The position numbers and the translations under genes were made by a program. Of a stretch of 64,000 nucleotides of DNA, positions 9,132 to 18,198 are shown one piece after another; position 1 is the first letter of the stretch; each line of letters begins with the position of its first letter. This stretch comes from Bdellovibrio sp. (GTDB lineage Bacteria > Bdellovibrionota > Bdellovibrionia > Bdellovibrionales > Bdellovibrionaceae), in the NCBI GenBank assembly GCA_036676395.1, contig JAKFCY010000002.1, forward strand, positions 608,001 through 672,000. The letters are read 5' to 3'. Under the pieces are notes generated by a model. That model was not told the DNA's origin. It made no database searches and was given only the letters and a program-made list of their open reading frames with translations.

Positions 9132-10323
9132 GCAAGTCACACTGTCTAATGAACAGATAGATTATATTTTATCTCCGAAGGCTATTCGCGATAATGCTAA
9201 AAAAGTTTTTGATTACACCGTAGAAGGTAACGGCTATTTTGCATTTAACGCTGATAAAATGAAGCCTACGGTGGATTACGTTTTAACGGTCATTCAAAAA
9301 AATTATCCAGATTTAAATATTCCATTTCATTCTCGTTGGGGTCACTTTCGCGTCGGCGGAACAGATCGTTCAAAACAGTTTGAAACAACAGCTGATAAAA
9401 TGGAATTAGCACGCACGAAATTAGATTTAGTCATCACTTCGGTGTTATTAGATGCTGGTGCAGGTGCTGCGTGGAAATACTTTGAAGAATCTTCGGGTAA
9501 ATCTTTTAACCGCTCTGAAGGTTTAGGGGTTGCTTCGCTTTACATGTTTAAATCAGGAGTTATGTGCTCTGACAAAAAATCATGGAAAGCAGATGCTGCG
9601 GGTCTTCAATCGGTGACAGCTAGTGATCTTGAAAAACATTTTCAGGTGACGGCGGATAATCCATTAGTTGGAGTTCAAGGCCGCGTGCAATTATTAAATA
9701 ATTTAGGTAAAGCTTGTGGGCGTAATCCAGTTTTTAAAAAAGATCACCGCCCGGGTAACATTATCGATCACTTAGCTGAAAAGTATGGAAATAAAATTCC
9801 TGCAACCGCGGTTCTGCGCGCAGTGCTTGATGGTCTTGGAGAAATTTGGCCAGGTCGTATTTCTGCAGGCAACGTCAATTTAGGTGATGTTTGGCAACAT
9901 TCAAAATTAGATTTAGTGCCGATTCATAAATTATCACAATGGATGACGTATTCATTGTTAGAACCAATTATGGATGCAGGTTTTGAAGTGACTGGTGTTG
10001 AAGGCTTAACAGGCCTTGCTGAATACCGTAACGGCGGTTTATTTATCGATTCAGGATTGTTGACGATGAAAGATCAAGCCAACCTGGCAAAAGCCTGGAC
10101 ACCGGATTCTGATTTAATTATCGAATGGCGCTCGTTGACGGTTTATCTTTTAGATCAAGTCGGTGATGCGATTCAAAAATCTTTGCAGAAATCTCCCCAG
10201 GATTTTCCGTTAGCTAAAATTTTAGAAGGCGGAACTTGGTGGGCAGGCAGATTTTTGGCTCAAGAAAAACGTGCAGGTGGTAACCCACCATTAAATATCC
10301 AAAGTGATGGAACAGTGTTTTAA
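9124..10323 (+). CDS. URC4/Urg3-family protein (DUF1688)
   Basis: IPFHSRWGHF, SVLLDAGAG, RSEGLG, HKLSQW, LAEYRNGG, LEGGTW and SDGTVF terminus; TTG start. Confidence 0.88.
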   Translation: MSKQVTLSNEQIDYILSPKAIRDNAKKVFDYTVEGNGYFAFNADKMKPTVDYVLTVIQKNYPDLNIPFHSRWGHFRVGGTDRSKQFETTADKMELARTKLDLVITSVLLDAGAGAAWKYFEESSGKSFNRSEGLGVASLYMFKSGVMCSDKKSWKADAAGLQSVTASDLEKHFQVTADNPLVGVQGRVQLLNNLGKACGRNPVFKKDHRPGNIIDHLAEKYGNKIPATAVLRAVLDGLGEIWPGRISAGNVNLGDVWQHSKLDLVPIHKLSQWMTYSLLEPIMDAGFEVTGVEGLTGLAEYRNGGLFIDSGLLTMKDQANLAKAWTPDSDLIIEWRSLTVYLLDQVGDAIQKSLQKSPQDFPLAKILEGGTWWAGRFLAQEKRAGGNPPLNIQSDGTVF

Positions 10324-10332
10324 GGAATATAT

Positions 10333-10965
10333 ATGGAAAATAAAGTTACAGTATTAAATCATCCGCTTTTAATTCACAAATTAGGTTACCTTCGCGATAA
10401 AGAAACTGGTTCTGGCGAGTTTCGCGAATTAACAAAAGAAATCAGCCGTATTTTAGCTTTTGAAGTTATGCGCGACTGGACAGATATGAAATTGGTGGAT
10501 ATCGAAACACCAATCGCTAAAGCGCAAGTTCAACGTATTCATAACACGCCGGTGGTTGTTTCAATCATGCGTGCCGGTAACGGAATGTTAGATGCCGTGT
10601 TATCGATGATTCCATTTGCTTCAGCTGGATTTATCGGGATTTACCGTGATCGTTTTGTGAATAACACGGTTGAATATTATTTTAAAATGCCTGCCGAGAT
10701 TAAAGGTAAGCTTGCGATTCTTTGTGATCCTTTAGTTGCTACCGCAGACACAATGATTGCAGCGATTGAGCGTTTGAAATCTTACGAAGTAAAACAAATT
10801 CGTATTCTTTCAATCTTGATCAGTGAATTGGCGATTCAAAGAATTCACTCTCTTCATCCAGATGTAGAAATCATGACTTTAAATATTGAAAAAGAAGTTA
10901 ACGAACATGGTTATTTAGTACCTGGATTAGGAGATGCTGGTGACAGGCTTTTTCAAACGAAATAA
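10333..10965 (+). CDS. upp: Uracil phosphoribosyltransferase
   Basis: NHPLL.HKL, IMRAG, YLVPGLGDAGDRLF. Confidence 0.93.
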   Translation: MENKVTVLNHPLLIHKLGYLRDKETGSGEFRELTKEISRILAFEVMRDWTDMKLVDIETPIAKAQVQRIHNTPVVVSIMRAGNGMLDAVLSMIPFASAGFIGIYRDRFVNNTVEYYFKMPAEIKGKLAILCDPLVATADTMIAAIERLKSYEVKQIRILSILISELAIQRIHSLHPDVEIMTLNIEKEVNEHGYLVPGLGDAGDRLFQTK

Positions 10966-11578
10966 TCCAATTATTGTCGGAGTTGCTGGCGGAAGTGGTT
11001 CTGGAAAGACCTATTTCGCCAAAGACTTAATGATGAAGCTGGGAACGGATCTGGCTGAAATTGTCTATCAAGACAATTTCTACATCGATCAATCGCATAG
11101 ATTTGACGGTGATGGTGGCTCAGTTAATTTTGATCATCCCGACAGTATTGATTTTTCGTTATTGGCCCAATGCCTTGGTCAGTTAAAAACTGGAAAAGAC
11201 ACGGATATCCCGATTTACGATTTTAAAACGCATACACGTGCTTCAAATAAATTAAAAATTCTGGCGAAGCCAATTATTGTTGTTGATGGAATTTTAATTT
11301 TTCATCCGCCAGAAGTGCGGGCGCAGTTTGATTACCTAGTTTTCTTTGATACTTCTGAAGATTTACGTTTCGAGCGTCGCTTACAGCGCGATGTTAAAGA
11401 ACGCGGACGTACTCCTGAAGGAGTCAGAGCCCAGTTTCAAAGACAAGTAAAGCCAATGCATGATTTATTTGTTGAGCCTTCGAAACATCACGCTAACGTG
11501 GTTGTTAGCGATGATTGTAATTACGATGAAATTCTTGTGAATTGCTGTAACAGTTTACAAAGTCTTAAGCCAAGTTAA
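10934..11578 (+). CDS. udk: Uridine kinase
   Basis: GVAGGSGSGKT, NFDHP, RRLQRDVKERGR; true start may be GTG 10940. Confidence 0.92.
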   Translation: MLVTGFFKRNNPIIVGVAGGSGSGKTYFAKDLMMKLGTDLAEIVYQDNFYIDQSHRFDGDGGSVNFDHPDSIDFSLLAQCLGQLKTGKDTDIPIYDFKTHTRASNKLKILAKPIIVVDGILIFHPPEVRAQFDYLVFFDTSEDLRFERRLQRDVKERGRTPEGVRAQFQRQVKPMHDLFVEPSKHHANVVVSDDCNYDEILVNCCNSLQSLKPS

Positions 11579-12121
11579 AACTTCATCGGCATTTTTATCT
11601 GGTGGAAACACCGGATAGAAAACTTTTTTGATTTTGCCATCTTCAATATACCAAGCCATACGTTTAATTAAACGCTCACCCGCGAATGTGAATGTTGGTA
11701 ATTTCATAGCATCAGTCAGCTTGTAATCTTCATCACTTAAAATCGGAAACGGAATGTGATTTCGTTCTACGAATTCTTTTTGTACAGCAGGAGATTGCAT
11801 GCTTAAGCCGTAAATATTTACGCCTAAGGTTTTGAATTCCTGATATAAATCACGGAAGCTGCAAGATTGCGGTGTGCAGCCACGAGCGCCGGGGATTGCA
11901 TCCCAAAGCTCGGGATCAGTGTTGGGTTCTAATGGACTACCAGCGCGTGGATAGATAAATAAAACTGTGGGCTTACGAAAAATTTCAATAAGCGCCACAT
12001 TTTCGCCAGTTGTCGCAGCTAAACTGATATTCGGAATAGCGTGACCACTTAGGTGGTTCGCCATTCCGTCATCAACGGGCTTTGGTAAATTTGCCGGTAA
12101 ATCGTTTAGATTGCTTCGCAT
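11555..12121 (-). CDS. Peroxiredoxin (BCP/AhpC-TSA-like)
   Basis: YP...GARGCTPQSCSFRD, VFYPVFPPD. Confidence 0.85.
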   Translation of the reverse strand: MRSNLNDLPANLPKPVDDGMANHLSGHAIPNISLAATTGENVALIEIFRKPTVLFIYPRAGSPLEPNTDPELWDAIPGARGCTPQSCSFRDLYQEFKTLGVNIYGLSMQSPAVQKEFVERNHIPFPILSDEDYKLTDAMKLPTFTFAGERLIKRMAWYIEDGKIKKVFYPVFPPDKNADEVLTWLKTL

Positions 12122-12618
12122 TAAACTAAAGACTTAAGAGCCGCTTCGTAGTTTGGTTCATCCACGATGTCAGTCACTAGTTCAGTGTGAAGAACTTTAT
12201 CGTCTTCAGATAAAACCACAACCGCACGCGCATATAAACCAGATAAAACTGTATCTTGTAAAGTTAAACCCCAGTCAGCACCGAATGTGCTTTTGAAACC
12301 AGATAAACTTTCGCAATTTTTAATGCCTTCAGCACCGCAAAAGCGCGCTTGAGCAAAAGGTAAATCTAAAGAAACGTTTAACACCACAGTGTTATTCATG
12401 TCTGAAGCTAATTTGTTAAATTGGCGAACCGAAGCAGCGCATGTGCCTGTGTCAATTGAAGGAAAAATATTTAAAACTTTTCTTTTGCCAGCGTAAGAGG
12501 TGTTTGAAGCTTCAGATAAATCGCTCTTAATAAGCTTAGAGAAAGTTACTTTTTGGCCAACAGTTGGAAGTGAACCGATCGTGTTTGCAGGTGTGCCTTT
12601 GAATTTTAAAGTAGCCAT
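12121..12618 (-). CDS. tpx: Thiol peroxidase Tpx
   Basis: FPSIDTGTCA and DLPFAQARFCGAEG. Confidence 0.95.
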   Translation of the reverse strand: MATLKFKGTPANTIGSLPTVGQKVTFSKLIKSDLSEASNTSYAGKRKVLNIFPSIDTGTCAASVRQFNKLASDMNNTVVLNVSLDLPFAQARFCGAEGIKNCESLSGFKSTFGADWGLTLQDTVLSGLYARAVVVLSEDDKVLHTELVTDIVDEPNYEAALKSLV

Positions 12619-12728
12619 GAAATCTCCTCTTTTTAGTGTGAGAATCCATAGTGAAGTAATGCGGGAAGAGGCGCTACTGTTAACGCATTGAAATATTTGT
12701 GTTATAAAATTTAAACAAATGACACGAA

Positions 12729-13490
12729 CTAAAAATACAGCTGCAAAGTCACTTTTGAGCCTTCGCGGCTGATATTGCTTTCTACACCGTTTTTAATCGA
12801 GTTTTGCTGCTCTTTAAAGTACGAGCCCATCACGCGTAGTGACGCAAAGTCTATAAACAATCCTGTAGATTGAGTGTTGGCTTTGGTGTTGCCATAAAAG
12901 TCTTCAGAGATCTGAAAATACTGACGGTAATTTCCATAGATGCCGAAATATTTGAACAAATAAAGTTGCAGCGTCCCTGCTGCAAATTGCTGGTTCATGC
13001 GGTAAGCACCAACGCTATCAGTGCGCGTGCGCAAGCCGTAATGTACAGTCAAATGCGTTCCTTGCAGTGTGTGTCCGAATAAACGTAAATTTAACATTCC
13101 AGCTGTATCCTTGAAATGTTCTTCAGTGTTGTTCTGGTATTCTCCGGTTAAGCCCACTAGTGTTGCGTATGCGGAAAGCTCTCCTTCAAAAGCTCTGAAC
13201 TTCTGTACCGGATTTACTCGATCATCCAATGAATACTGATTCATGTTAATCCCCAACATGAATTCGTACGGTGATGGAGTGTTCAGAGAAAGCCACATAT
13301 CCATAACCTGATTGCGGTTTTTCTGCTCCAACCAATCGTATAAATTAAATCGTTTAGCTTCTCGGGCTGCAGAGCCGCGCGATAGTAACCACGGTCTGCT
13401 TGATCCGCCACTTGATTCTTGCGCGCCCGCGATTTCAGTAAAAAAATGAACCAAAGTGAGAAGCGATATTATCCAAACTAGCTGTTTCAT
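12729..13490 (-). CDS. Exported, probably outer-membrane beta-barrel protein
   Basis: Signal peptide, amphipathic strands, C-terminal YF. Confidence 0.6.
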   Translation of the reverse strand: MKQLVWIISLLTLVHFFTEIAGAQESSGGSSRPWLLSRGSAAREAKRFNLYDWLEQKNRNQVMDMWLSLNTPSPYEFMLGINMNQYSLDDRVNPVQKFRAFEGELSAYATLVGLTGEYQNNTEEHFKDTAGMLNLRLFGHTLQGTHLTVHYGLRTRTDSVGAYRMNQQFAAGTLQLYLFKYFGIYGNYRQYFQISEDFYGNTKANTQSTGLFIDFASLRVMGSYFKEQQNSIKNGVESNISREGSKVTLQLYF

Positions 13491-13698
13491 ACTTCTATTT
13501 TAGCACTTTCAAGGTTTGAAAACGAAAAATGCGAAGAGTGTTTCAGTCTGAGGCGCTACAGCGTGGCTTTTTAAGAACAGAATGTCTTAGGACAAGAATA
13601 TCGAATTAATTGAATAACTATTAGTGTCATCTTGTTTAAATGTTGCTGCGCCTTAAAAACCGCGCAAGAATTTTCGCTACTACAACGAGGGGAAATTC

Positions 13699-14385
13699 AT
13701 GAACACAGTAAAACAATTGATAGCTATCTTATTCGTAAGTGTTGCGGCCACATCGGCTTTTGCGGCTTTAAAATTTGATTCAGACGTACCTAAAAGCATT
13801 CAAACACAAATGGTTGAAGACCTTGCGTTCATGAACCAAGTGCAAGGATCAGCACAAACACCTTTTCATAAAGAGATCTTTACAGCTCTTGATGGCAAAG
13901 CTTACCAAACATTTTTTGAATCACGCATTTTTTCTGTCGGCGTAGATGCTTGCGGCGGCGGGGCAGCTGTTGCTTGCGTGCAACCTTTCTTTGACCCGAA
14001 CAAAATGTGGTTAACTGAAAATTTCATCAATTTTTCTCACCCGCAAGTGGCTCGCGTAATGGTTGTGTATCATGAAGCACGTCACTCTGAGACTAAAAAT
14101 GGTAATTGGATGCATGCTAACTGCCCAAGACCTTTTCTAGATGTTAACGGTAAAGATATGGTTTCTATCTGGACAGGCGCAAAACTTGAAGGCCAACCGG
14201 CTTGTGATGCTAAATACCAAGGATCATATGGTTCATCGACAATCATGTTAAAAAATATCAGCAAGTACTGCTCTAACTGTAACGACAAAGTTAAAATGGA
14301 TGCTGATATCTATGCGATGGATCAGTTAAACCGTATTTCTAAACCGGCTGTTAAACAGTCAATGTTAGCTGACTTTGCAAACTAA
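13699..14385 (+). CDS. Secreted protein with HExxH motif (putative zinc metallopeptidase)
   Basis: Signal peptide AFA, VVYHEARH, six Cys; SD GAGGGG. Confidence 0.65.
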   Translation: MNTVKQLIAILFVSVAATSAFAALKFDSDVPKSIQTQMVEDLAFMNQVQGSAQTPFHKEIFTALDGKAYQTFFESRIFSVGVDACGGGAAVACVQPFFDPNKMWLTENFINFSHPQVARVMVVYHEARHSETKNGNWMHANCPRPFLDVNGKDMVSIWTGAKLEGQPACDAKYQGSYGSSTIMLKNISKYCSNCNDKVKMDADIYAMDQLNRISKPAVKQSMLADFAN

Positions 14386-15100
14386 CAAAGTTTTCATAAG
14401 ATTAACTCTAGGAGCTCTGCTAGTTGCAGGGCTCTTTTTCGTTGTGCGCTACTTTGATTCGACCGCTTCGAACGAACAACGCATATTGAAGCCTAGTCAG
14501 ATTGATTTTACGAAAAGTAATGAAGTTCAAGAAAAACCTGCTCCAGTTGTTGGTTCCAATTTCGAAGGTGACGACATCATTGAAGCTCCCACTATATTGA
14601 ATGAGCGTGAGCAAAAGTTATGGATAGCGGTTGAATCTATTTTAAAAACTAAGAATGACAATGATCCTGCAGTCAATGAGCTGAAGGGCCTAAGTGCTGA
14701 TTTTCATAAAGCGCTTTTTGATAAATATAACTACTTAAAGATGGAAGACCGTAATGGGCGGGGATTTATTGTATTTTTAGTCGCAAAGAATTTGAGGTCA
14801 TTTGAAGATTTAGAATTCTTGCAAAAAATTTATCAAGAAGCCCCATGTTTAAATTTAGAAAATTGTGCTGTCAGTGCAAATGATGATTCACACTCGGCTG
14901 GGGTTAATCAAACGACGACGATATATCCGCAACTTGTGGGTTTGTATCAGATCGAAAAACAATTGAATGCAAATCCTGATTTGTTGAAAGACGCGGCGAT
15001 GCGCGCTGGAATTTTAGCAACCTTGAAGCAAGCTGAAGCTTTTCCGGTTCCTGCTATTCACGAATTCGCAGCAAAAATTCGCCAAAAATTTAATCTCTAA
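14375..15100 (+). CDS. Membrane-anchored hypothetical protein
   Basis: N-terminal TM segment; overlaps the upstream gene by 11 nt. Confidence 0.6.
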   Translation: MQTNKVFIRLTLGALLVAGLFFVVRYFDSTASNEQRILKPSQIDFTKSNEVQEKPAPVVGSNFEGDDIIEAPTILNEREQKLWIAVESILKTKNDNDPAVNELKGLSADFHKALFDKYNYLKMEDRNGRGFIVFLVAKNLRSFEDLEFLQKIYQEAPCLNLENCAVSANDDSHSAGVNQTTTIYPQLVGLYQIEKQLNANPDLLKDAAMRAGILATLKQAEAFPVPAIHEFAAKIRQKFNL

Positions 15101-15846
15101 GCTGATTGTTTACGGCTTTCAGAATACTCTAAGAATAGATATTCTGATTTTTTATAAAAAGAATTGTAAGTTTTTAGTATTTCTTCTTGGCTTGAATATT
15201 CTTTAAGAGCTTCTTGTTTAAGTTTTAAATCAACCGTAATTTCAAAACCATAAAACTTACCGCGGGTAAATAGAAGATCAAAAAACATCGACATTATGAA
15301 TCCCAGACGGTGGCCTTCTTCTGCCATTAATTTATAGCCTTGGATAATTCTATGTATGATAAATTTTTTATTTTTGAAGTTTAAAAAGTAAGTAAAACCT
15401 GGCTCTCTTTTTTGTAAAAGTTTTCGTTCGCTAAAAAAGCCAAAGCTATAATTATGATATTTACTGAATTCTTTGGTCGCTAAATAGACCTGTAAATGAT
15501 GAGGATGTGGTTTTTCTCCGCCGTGAGGAGGGTGGGTGATGACAAAATCAAAACGGTACTTTGAAAAAATTTTGATAAAAGCCCGCTTTAATTCGCTTGG
15601 TCGAAGCAGCTTGTTTATGCCAGTGTCTTCGCAGTGGCCAAAAGCAACTTTAAGCCCATATTTATCTGCAACAGCCTGCAATTCTTTTCCGCGTTTAGAA
15701 ACAGCGGCATAAGTCATACATAAAATTAAAACATCATTGCGTTCTTTTAGAAGTTGTATGGATTGAAAACACCATAGCGTTTCATCATCGGGATGAGCGA
15801 CGATAATAAGAATTTTTTTGCGACAAATGTCTTGGAGGCTCTGCAT
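15097..15846 (-). CDS. PIG-L/LmbE-family N-acetylhexosamine deacetylase
   Basis: IIVAHPDDE and THPPHGGEKPHPHH metal-binding motifs. Confidence 0.8.
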   Translation of the reverse strand: MQSLQDICRKKILIIVAHPDDETLWCFQSIQLLKERNDVLILCMTYAAVSKRGKELQAVADKYGLKVAFGHCEDTGINKLLRPSELKRAFIKIFSKYRFDFVITHPPHGGEKPHPHHLQVYLATKEFSKYHNYSFGFFSERKLLQKREPGFTYFLNFKNKKFIIHRIIQGYKLMAEEGHRLGFIMSMFFDLLFTRGKFYGFEITVDLKLKQEALKEYSSQEEILKTYNSFYKKSEYLFLEYSESRKQSA

Positions 15847-15908
15847 AAGTTGAACCTTAGGTTGTCATTACTTTATATATAAGTAAAACTAATAAGTAAT
15901 AACCAGAC

Positions 15909-15923
15909 ATAGGATTTAGTTAT
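15909..15923. promoter_or_regulatory. Candidate LysR box
   Basis: ATA-N9-TAT (ATAGGATTTAGTTAT) overlapping the lysR start; a weaker copy at 15879-15893. Confidence 0.4.
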
Positions 15924-16824
15924 GATAAATATGAACCACTTAAGATCGTTTTACATTTGTGCCTTGCATAAAAATGTTACGAAAGCTGCAGAAGAACTTA
16001 AAGTTAGTCAGCCCTCAGTCAGCCAACAGCTTAAAGCCTTTGAAGAAGAGATTGGCTTTTCGTTGTTCTATCGTAATGGCCGCACGTTTGACCTTACTCC
16101 GCAAGGAAAGCGTCTATTCGAAAAGTCACAGACAATTTTTGATTCGTTAATTGGAATTCAGGATTTTATCGAACAACGCAGTGAAGTCTCGGGTGCGGTG
16201 CACCTGAGTGTTTCAGAAGAGATCGAAAGGCCATTTATTGCCAAGATTACTTCTGAATTAATCAGCAGCTCTATTTTTAGTGAAGCCCAGTTTTTTGTTC
16301 ATTCTGTCGATGACAAAATGATTACTGAAAAGCAAAAAGTAAAAAATCAGTTAATACTTTCTCATAAGGCGATGTCACAAGGCCGGTTAATCCAAACTTT
16401 TGAATTTCCGGTAAAGCTAATCACAAAAAAGCAAAACATTGAAATCAATCAGGCCAAGCAGAGTAATGTAAATGCAGTGATAGCGGCATTAGGGCAAAAA
16501 ATTATATTACCAGCGAAAACACATACGCTGCGCGCAGAGATCGAACAACATGTAAATATGGCTGAATTGCAAAATGCCGTTCTTATGGAAAGTAATATTA
16601 TGGCCTGTTTGACAGAGGCCGTTCGTCAGGGTGCAGGCTGTAGTTTGTTACCGATTCAATACGTCTATGAAGATGTGAAAAAAAATAAGTTGTCGGTTTA
16701 TGGTCCGGCTAACGGGTTTTGGAAATATAAAATTTATTTGTATGCAGGAATTGAAGCAGATGAATCCGTGGTTAAAGAGGTTCGTCATATTATTCAACGG
16801 TTCACAATAGAAAAGGGAGGCTAG
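15922..16824 (+). CDS. LysR-family transcriptional regulator
   Basis: N-terminal HTH NVTKAAEELKVSQPSVSQQLKAFE...LF.R. Confidence 0.92.
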   Translation: MINMNHLRSFYICALHKNVTKAAEELKVSQPSVSQQLKAFEEEIGFSLFYRNGRTFDLTPQGKRLFEKSQTIFDSLIGIQDFIEQRSEVSGAVHLSVSEEIERPFIAKITSELISSSIFSEAQFFVHSVDDKMITEKQKVKNQLILSHKAMSQGRLIQTFEFPVKLITKKQNIEINQAKQSNVNAVIAALGQKIILPAKTHTLRAEIEQHVNMAELQNAVLMESNIMACLTEAVRQGAGCSLLPIQYVYEDVKKNKLSVYGPANGFWKYKIYLYAGIEADESVVKEVRHIIQRFTIEKGG

Positions 16825-18198
16825 ATGGTTAGTATAATCATACCCACTTTAAATGAAGAAAAGCGCATAGCTGAAATTGTTCGTTTTTGTCTTAAATCAA
16901 AAGAAGTCGCCGAAGTGCTGGTCATTGATGATGGATCTATCGATAATACCCGCGAACTTGCGCAACAGGCAGGAGCAAAAGTTTTTTTTAGTTCAATGTT
17001 AGGAAAAGGAACTTCAATGCTTGATGGACTTTGGAAGGCCCAGACCGATACCGTGCTTTATCTAGACGGCGATATTTATAATTTTTCTGAAGATTTAATT
17101 TCTTTGATGACGGCTCCATTATTGGATAATCGCTGTGATTTCGTTAAAGGCCGATTTCACAGAACAGCAGGTCGTGTGACAGCATTAACGGCTAAGCCTT
17201 TAATAAAAGCTTTTTTTCCCGAGCTTGCAGAAATCGATCAACCACTGGGTGGAATAATTGCGGCGAAAAAAGATTTGCTTAAGAATATTAAATTTGAACC
17301 AGATTATGGTGTCGATATTGGTCTTCTGATCGATGTTTCTCAATTGGGTGCAAGAATCGAAGAGGTTGATATCGGCTCGCTTGAACATGATCATCAAACA
17401 CTTGATCAACTTGGCAATATGTCGGGCCAAATTGTTCGTGTCATTTTAGAAAGAGCTAATCGCTATAAAAAACTAGATATCACGCATTTAAAAGACACTT
17501 ATGAAATTCAGCGGGTTAACCAATTGCAGATGGAACCTATAATCAGTCGTATTGATCCGCAAAAGAAACTGGCTTTATTTGATATGGATGGAACCCTGGT
17601 CGAAGGACGTTATGTCGAACGCTTAGCCAAATATGTCGGTCGCGAAGAATTGCTTAAAAGATTATTGGATAATAAAAAATTAGATCCGATTTATCGCACC
17701 AAGATGATTGCTAAGGTGTTTTCTGGAGTTCAAAAAAGTATTTTCGAAAAAATTGCGCAAATTATTCCATTAGCCAGCAATGCGCAAAGTCTTGTGGTCG
17801 AGCTCAAAAAGCGTGGTTATACTGTAGGTATTGTCACTGACAGCTATTTCGTGGCGTCTGAAATTATTCGTAAAAGAGTATTCGCCGATTTTTCGGTAGC
17901 TCATCTTCTGGATTTTAAAAAAGGTGTTTTTTCAGGAGAAGTAAATATTTCGCCGTTATTTATCGGAGACGGATGTGCAAAACATGACTATTGTAAACTT
18001 AATCTGTTAGGGCATCTCGATCATTTTTATGACATGAAAAAATCACTTATTCACTATGCCGGTGACGGGCTAAACGATATCTGTATTATGGAAAAACTAA
18101 AAAACACTTGCGCCGTTCGACCAAAAGATCCGCTAGTTGAAGTGGCCGCGTCAGGAGTCGCTCAAGATCTAAAAGAGATTTTGGTGCGATGGAATTAG
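16825..18198 (+). CDS. GpgS-like glycosyl-3-phosphoglycerate synthase fused to a SerB-like HAD phosphatase
   Basis: GT-A motifs IPTLNEE, DDGS, LDGD, GRVT..TAKPL, QPLGG, YGVDIGLLID, HDHQ; C-terminal FDMDGTL, IVTDS, GDGLND. Confidence 0.82.
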   Translation: MVSIIIPTLNEEKRIAEIVRFCLKSKEVAEVLVIDDGSIDNTRELAQQAGAKVFFSSMLGKGTSMLDGLWKAQTDTVLYLDGDIYNFSEDLISLMTAPLLDNRCDFVKGRFHRTAGRVTALTAKPLIKAFFPELAEIDQPLGGIIAAKKDLLKNIKFEPDYGVDIGLLIDVSQLGARIEEVDIGSLEHDHQTLDQLGNMSGQIVRVILERANRYKKLDITHLKDTYEIQRVNQLQMEPIISRIDPQKKLALFDMDGTLVEGRYVERLAKYVGREELLKRLLDNKKLDPIYRTKMIAKVFSGVQKSIFEKIAQIIPLASNAQSLVVELKKRGYTVGIVTDSYFVASEIIRKRVFADFSVAHLLDFKKGVFSGEVNISPLFIGDGCAKHDYCKLNLLGHLDHFYDMKKSLIHYAGDGLNDICIMEKLKNTCAVRPKDPLVEVAASGVAQDLKEILVRWN

